A DNA stretch of 63,768 nt, counting the filler, from Folioceros fuciformis (Eukaryota), in assembly GCA_049999805.1 (NCBI GenBank). It is 25 parts of 25 records of this genome, joined end to end, with 100 filler letters (N's around TTAATTAATTAA, not from the genome) between each part and the next. Parts side by side here need not be neighbours in the genome. Positions count along the whole stretch, not along the records: positions 58,528 to 59,585 come from JBNGIO010000048.1; positions 59,686 to 60,792 come from JBNGIO010000049.1; positions 60,893 to 62,338 come from JBNGIO010000050.1; positions 62,439 to 63,768 come from JBNGIO010000051.1; 21 more parts are not named here. One strand, written 5' to 3'. This document shows, one piece after another, positions 58,428-63,768 of this stretch. A program made the position numbers and the translations under genes. Each line of letters starts with the position of its first letter. Position 1 is the first letter of the stretch. The notes beneath the pieces are model-generated. The model ran no database searches and was not told the origin of the DNA. It saw only the letters and a program-made list of their open reading frames with translations.

Positions 58428-60409
58428 NNNNNNNNNNNNNNNNNNNNNNNNNNNNNNNNNNNNNNNNNNNNTTAATTAATTAANNNNNNNNNNNNNNNNN
58501 NNNNNNNNNNNNNNNNNNNNNNNNNNNGGGATAAGTGTGGCCACTAAAGGTGGAACCCGTTGGCAATCAGTGCCCGGGGTTTTGCCTCCACATATTGGAT
58601 TCGGACAGCAAATTTGCAGCGTACCTAGGTTGGATTCAGTGCATGGAATTGAGAACAAAAACAAAAACAGGCAGATGTGAACGCGAATCAGGACAACAGC
58701 GTCTTCAAGTTTGGAGGAAGAGTGGTACTCACGAGAGAAACTGATCACATGGTTGGGAATTTTGCTGCTGCCTCTGACCCTCACACGCATCATGTTGAGC
58801 CCCGTCTTCCATTGGTGTGCCTGGTTTGGAGATTGTTCCCAGCGAATAGATCCTGGTTTCCTTCCACAACTCACCAAGGGGTAAGAACTCTGGCACAGAA
58901 GTAGCATTAGTCTGTGATGCATATTTGCAACAAACCTCCAAAGTAGATTTCTCGGTGATGGCTTAGGTGGATGCGGCTCTGGCTGGTGCTCCCATCCTCT
59001 TCTTCTGGCACAGTCCCCGCTTCACAGCCTTGTGCGCCGTGGTGACCGCTGAAGATGCACCCGCATTGACCAAGCGCGGCAGCCACTACACTTGCTTGCT
59101 TGTTGAGGAAGCTCTTGCGGCTTTTGGATGATCTTTTCTTATCTCCTTGGTGGTGAAGCGGCCATGAGCATCTCTTTTGTAAGTGCGCCTCCGATTCTGG
59201 TCACCATCAATATCAGTACATGGTGCCATCGCAAAGTTGCCGAAGCTTGCTTGCTATTTTGTGCGCCGTTTTTGAAACCCGACACAAGAAATTAAACCAA
59301 TAACTGGAAGTGGACTAACCAGGTTGGCGGAACGACATGCAACTCCATCATGTTTCCACAAGAGTGTGAGAATAACTGTTGTGCTTTTGTACTACCTATC
59401 GTTTATGTACTCGACATTACTTGAAGCTGAAGCGATGATACGAGGGAAACTAAAGCCTAGTGGATATAGCAACAAGTGGGAGTGTTGAAATGACTTCATT
59501 AGGGTGTTGCCTATATCAACTAGGGCTAGGGCACGTTTCATATTTTAATTTTAGATATGGATGCACCTTGTGAAAGGGTGCACTCNNNNNNNNNNNNNNN
59601 NNNNNNNNNNNNNNNNNNNNNNNNNNNNNTTAATTAATTAANNNNNNNNNNNNNNNNNNNNNNNNNNNNNNNNNNNNNNNNNNNNAAAGGAAAATTAGGA
59701 AAAATAAGTTGAAAAAGAAAACCAAACCATACCACTATTAACCCCTTTTCAACCAAAACAAACTACTACCCCAAACTTTGGAGGTTCACACAATACACTT
59801 GACGGGTTGCTATGAAAGCACACTTCGTAATCGCTAACCCCCACTGGTATCAGTATCGAAGTTTGCAATTCGTTTAGTTTAGGTTCGTGTGAGTTTTCTA
59901 AATAGCAGGAATACAACTTCTCACACATCAACATAGCCATGCTAAACGGACAATTTGTGACCAAGACCAAATTTGTGAATTTAGGATGTTATTGTGAGCA
60001 GCTTGCTAATTTTTCAGCTACACAAACATGCTGAATTTCATTAGCCACCTGATACTTGATCATGTTTGTCATGAAACACTAATATCCTGACGTGATGTTG
60101 AGCCACCAAAAAGTCTCTCATTTATTAACAACTCCCACTCCTTGTGTAGGGTATGAGCAAAGGATTAACAAGAAATAGAATTTGGACCACGGGGACAGAA
60201 TTTCCTTTGATCCTACTTCATCGGATTTCAAATCTGAAAGTGAGGATCGTGAAGCCGGTGACATGGTAGATGAGGATGAAGATGGTTGTAAAAATTCGAC
60301 AGGCTCACATAAGGACCATAGTCACTGGTTAGTATTTGACTCTCCTAACGAGAGTTTATAAGGGAGCTAGGATACTCCCCAAGGCCCAGTGTCTGAACTT
60401 GTTTGTTAT

Positions 60410-60790
60410 GCAACTCTTTGCTTAATGGCTTTGTAAAAAACACCAGTAAGATTTTCTTGTGTATGGACATACTCCAATATTACTTTTCTAGTTGCGACCA
60501 AATCTCTTATAAAATTATATTGCACTTCCACATGTTTTGTACGAGAGTTAAACACTGGATTTTGTGCCAAAGCAATTGCACCTTGATTATCTGGTTTTGG
60601 TGTGCTCTTTGCATCCTTAATACCCAGATATCGTTGTCTGTTCCATTGAAACGATCCCTCTCCTTAAAATCATCACTAGCTAGATTTGTAAGTCCTGACA
60701 TCGTAAGAGGACTTGATACTCTTCTAGTCAACGTACGAGGAGGACGAAAAGGAAAAGGGTTCCAATTATTGTCAGCTTTGTTAATTTCAT
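60410..60790 (-). pseudogene. Copia deletion derivative: gag N-terminus fused to RNase H C-terminus
   Basis: FKERDRFNGTDNDIWVLRMQRA followed within ~15 nt by DNQGAIALAQNPVFNSRTKHVEVQYNFIRD. Confidence 0.8.
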
Positions 60791-61139
60791 CCNNNNNNNN
60801 NNNNNNNNNNNNNNNNNNNNNNNNNNNNNNNNNNNNTTAATTAATTAANNNNNNNNNNNNNNNNNNNNNNNNNNNNNNNNNNNNNNNNNNNNAGACTAAT
60901 GTAATTAGTCTAAGATTAGTGTCTAATTAAGTATCATTAGTTTAGATTAGCTTAAGCTAATCTTTAGGAAGCTTCCTGCATAGTTTCATGTGAAGCTTCC
61001 TTGTGAGCTTTTCTAGAGGGTATAAATACCCTCTTGAGCTCCCTTTGCAATAGAGCTGTGAGAGACACTGTGAGACTTCTCTTTCTCCTCTCCTCCTCTC
61101 TTCTTCTCTCCTCTCCTTCACCATGCTCCTCTATCGATC

Positions 61140-62230
61140 CTTTCAAGAACCAAACATATTGAAGTACACCGTCACTTTGTGAGACATGTAGTGGAAACTA
61201 AACAAGTAAGGCTAGAGTATATTCCTAGAGAGTTAAATGCAGCAGATCTCCTTACCAAGTCCCTACCTAGGCTGAAGCACTATCAGTTCAAAGAAGCCTT
61301 GCGAGTCTTAGGCCCACTTCACACAGTCAACAAGTCCAGCAGTAAGTGAGAAGAGTGGCCATGAGGCTGACAAAACTAGTGCCGAGAGGAAGTCTACTCT
61401 ATTCACTCTCCACAGTCCGACCTTTTTCCCTCAGAACTCTCCTGAGTTCGATGTGGAAGGAGAATCGAGCTCTGTCTTTTCATCAGCTCTGTTCCTTAGC
61501 CTGGAAGTCAGCTGGCACAACAATAACATCTAAGCCCTCAGTGAGCTGTTCCGTTCTTGTCGTACCCAAGGAATGTTCAGAGAGACTCTTCGAGAGGTGG
61601 TGGCACTGCTCTATCTCAAGCTGTCTATCTCCTTGGTCAAAGCCTCTTCTCGCTTCTTCGCTGTCACCAGTAAGTCCTGCCAGTACTTGGTTGCTCCCCT
61701 GTCAGCGACTCTGTATGGAGGCTCCCCTTGAAGGTGGAAAGGACAAGGAAGAGCATATAGAGGAGGACAGGTGCAGATTCGACGCGCCATAGCTAGAACA
61801 TCGAGTGTCCCAGCAGACATGAAGCAAGGTGGTGGGCGCGCAATAGGTGGTGACGGCTCCTTGTTGACGCTGTGAGGATCGTTGCTATCTTCCGTGTCAG
61901 ATGCTGACAAATCAATAGGCACAGCCCGTGTTCCAACCATGGCGGTGACCTTCAAAGTGTGAATGAGGAGCTTCTCAGCTGAAGACTATGTAGAGATTGA
62001 GGAGCGCACACCGAAGATTGATCTTAGGTTCAGCTTGCTTTAGGTTTTATTTGTATACCCAATGAGAGGCGGTGTTGCAGATAATTACAACATATATAAT
62101 ACCTTAGTTATACATTGGGTTATACCTAAAACAAAGGGTAAACCCTAAATACAGTTATGTAACCATTTTACGGGTACAGGCTACATGCCCCTAACCCCCA
62201 GCAAATTCAGTCTAGTCCTTGTTGCAATGT
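61140..62230 (+). mobile_element. Ty1/copia 3' end: RNase H tail, long 3' region, PPT and LTR starting at 62073
   Basis: RTKHIEVHRHFVRH..EYIPRELNAADLLTKSL; GAGAGGCGG followed by TGTTGCAG. LTR right end uncertain. Confidence 0.7.
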
Positions 62231-62499
62231 TTGGTGTGCACTGAGTTCGACCTGAGAATTTGTTAGTGCATACCAAAAACTTAACTATATGATAGATGAG
62301 AAGTAGAGCAAAGCTTTAAAGCACTGAGTATCTGAGAGNNNNNNNNNNNNNNNNNNNNNNNNNNNNNNNNNNNNNNNNNNNNTTAATTAATTAANNNNNN
62401 NNNNNNNNNNNNNNNNNNNNNNNNNNNNNNNNNNNNNNACCCAACTGGGATAACTAACACCACATGAGTTTAGCTCATATAGAGCTCGATAACTCAACA

Positions 62500-62963
62500 T
62501 TGTCTGCATCATGCTCCATCTTAAGCTTGGTTTGTGAAGTCCAGCCGAAGGTGGCTTTACACGGATCTTATGCGTTTGGAATTCCAGCAAACTCGGGATT
62601 GCCCTCATAAAGGGCAGCCATCGCCTCATATTGCACCCAGGTAGAGTTCACTTGGCCTGAGCTTGTCTTAGACTCCTTCTCCTTCTTGTACTTTTTCTCC
62701 AAATTCTCCAACTTTTGCTAGGACTTTTTTGCCGTCAAGCTAGCCATCTTGCAGGAGCTACTCACATCTTTAGAGATTTGTGCCCAATGTCTTGTCGCTA
62801 AGTTGTCGCGCTTGAGGTGAGCCACTTGCATCTCGATATACACCGCGATTAAAGTTGCAGTTGCTTCTTCGGTCCAAGTGATGACCTCCGAACTTTTTCC
62901 TACGGCATCTACATATTCCCTAGTACAACCCAACAACACAGCGTCATCTGAATCGTGCTCCAT
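62500..62963 (-). pseudogene. Myb/SANT-like (trihelix or Harbinger ORF1-type) DNA-binding protein, disrupted
   Basis: WTEEATATLI..Y...LKRDNL..RHWAQIS...KS*QKLENLEKKYKKEK...STWVQYEAM..GIP; premature stops; cut by a family F terminus. Confidence 0.7.
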
Positions 62964-63768
62964 ATTTTCAGTACCGGCCAGAAGTGACTCTTGAGTACTT
63001 GTATTGGTTTAGATATGCATGGCTTCCTTCATTGTTCAGCGAGGGCCTGCAACACCAAGGCAAGGTAACGTACGGCCTTGTCCACAACACCCTCAGCAAT
63101 TCTATCGGGCTAGGTAATGATGAGATTACCAAGACTTATGGATCACGGGCGGTTGTAAAGGAACCAGGCAGTATAGCCCTACAATTAAAGGGTCTTTTTC
63201 TACTCGACTGCAATTGGAAGGCGTAGTAAGGGGGCAGCTCTTTGTGGAAAAGAAGGCCAAAAATAAGCTATTCCCCTTCCTTTCAGAGTGAATTGCGAAT
63301 AGCGCCGTTCACTTTGTCGTCCTTCATGTGAAAAGCCCTTGAATAGAGCAAATTAACATTAAATGGTCTCGTGTGCAAAGGTTGGAATCAGGTCTCTAAC
63401 CGCTAGCACATTTGTAACTAGTGATGAATTGATCAATCACTCTACGACCAAGGGGATATACTCCAATATGCCCCCCAGCTCAGAGTGGGGTATACTTTGA
63501 GATGTATAAATGACATCAATGGTCCCCTTGAATATAGACCTCTGACCTCCATAAATATTATATACCTAGACAAATGTTAGGAGATACTCTTAAGGATAAA
63601 TACTTTTTTTATAAATAGTATATATTACTTGTTTTAGGAAAATAGACACTCCCAATTACTACAATCCAATGAAAATAGGCACTACCAATCAGTAAATTTA
63701 AATCTATAAAAAATATTTTAATTATTTTAGTATTAATTATTATTATATCATTATAATACTCATAAGAT

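Noticed and set aside
12817-62438. Regularly recurring TTAATTAATTAA motif and ORFs ending in XXXLIN
   Set aside because: Artificial six-frame stop linkers between contigs. Adjacency across them has no biological meaning.

Overview
This window is not contiguous DNA. It is a pseudo-scaffold of 25 short contigs joined by 24 identical 100-bp linkers (44 N + TTAATTAATTAA + 44 N). Nearly all recognisable sequence is plant-type transposable element: Ty1/copia and Ty3/gypsy LTR retrotransposons, plus LINE, pogo-like and Myb/SANT remnants. No intact host gene, RNA gene or CRISPR array could be supported. The main find is in contig 1 (1-12816): a minus-strand Ty3/gypsy element whose frame of over 1440 codons is missing from the ORF track because it runs off base 1. 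It reads Gag with two Zn knuckles, protease, a complete C5-cytosine DNA methyltransferase domain, the C-terminal half of RNase H, then integrase. The RT is cleanly missing in frame. The element has an apparent ~5.07-kb GC-rich LTR (5005-10076) and no tRNA PBS. Instead it has an 11-nt PBS exactly complementary to the predicted 5' end of its own transcript, as in Tf1-type self-priming. A second, divergent and decayed DNMT copy lies at 15523-16190. Other points: two different copia families share a homologous extra coiled-coil ORF upstream of gag; one LTR family has inserted twice at the same homologous 5-bp site of copia RNase H; and one contig is a (CCCTAA)16 telomere followed by ~1 kb with no CpA or TpG, a fungal RIP signature that suggests a co-sequenced ascomycete. 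All protein calls come from manual translation and motif recognition; no database searches were run.
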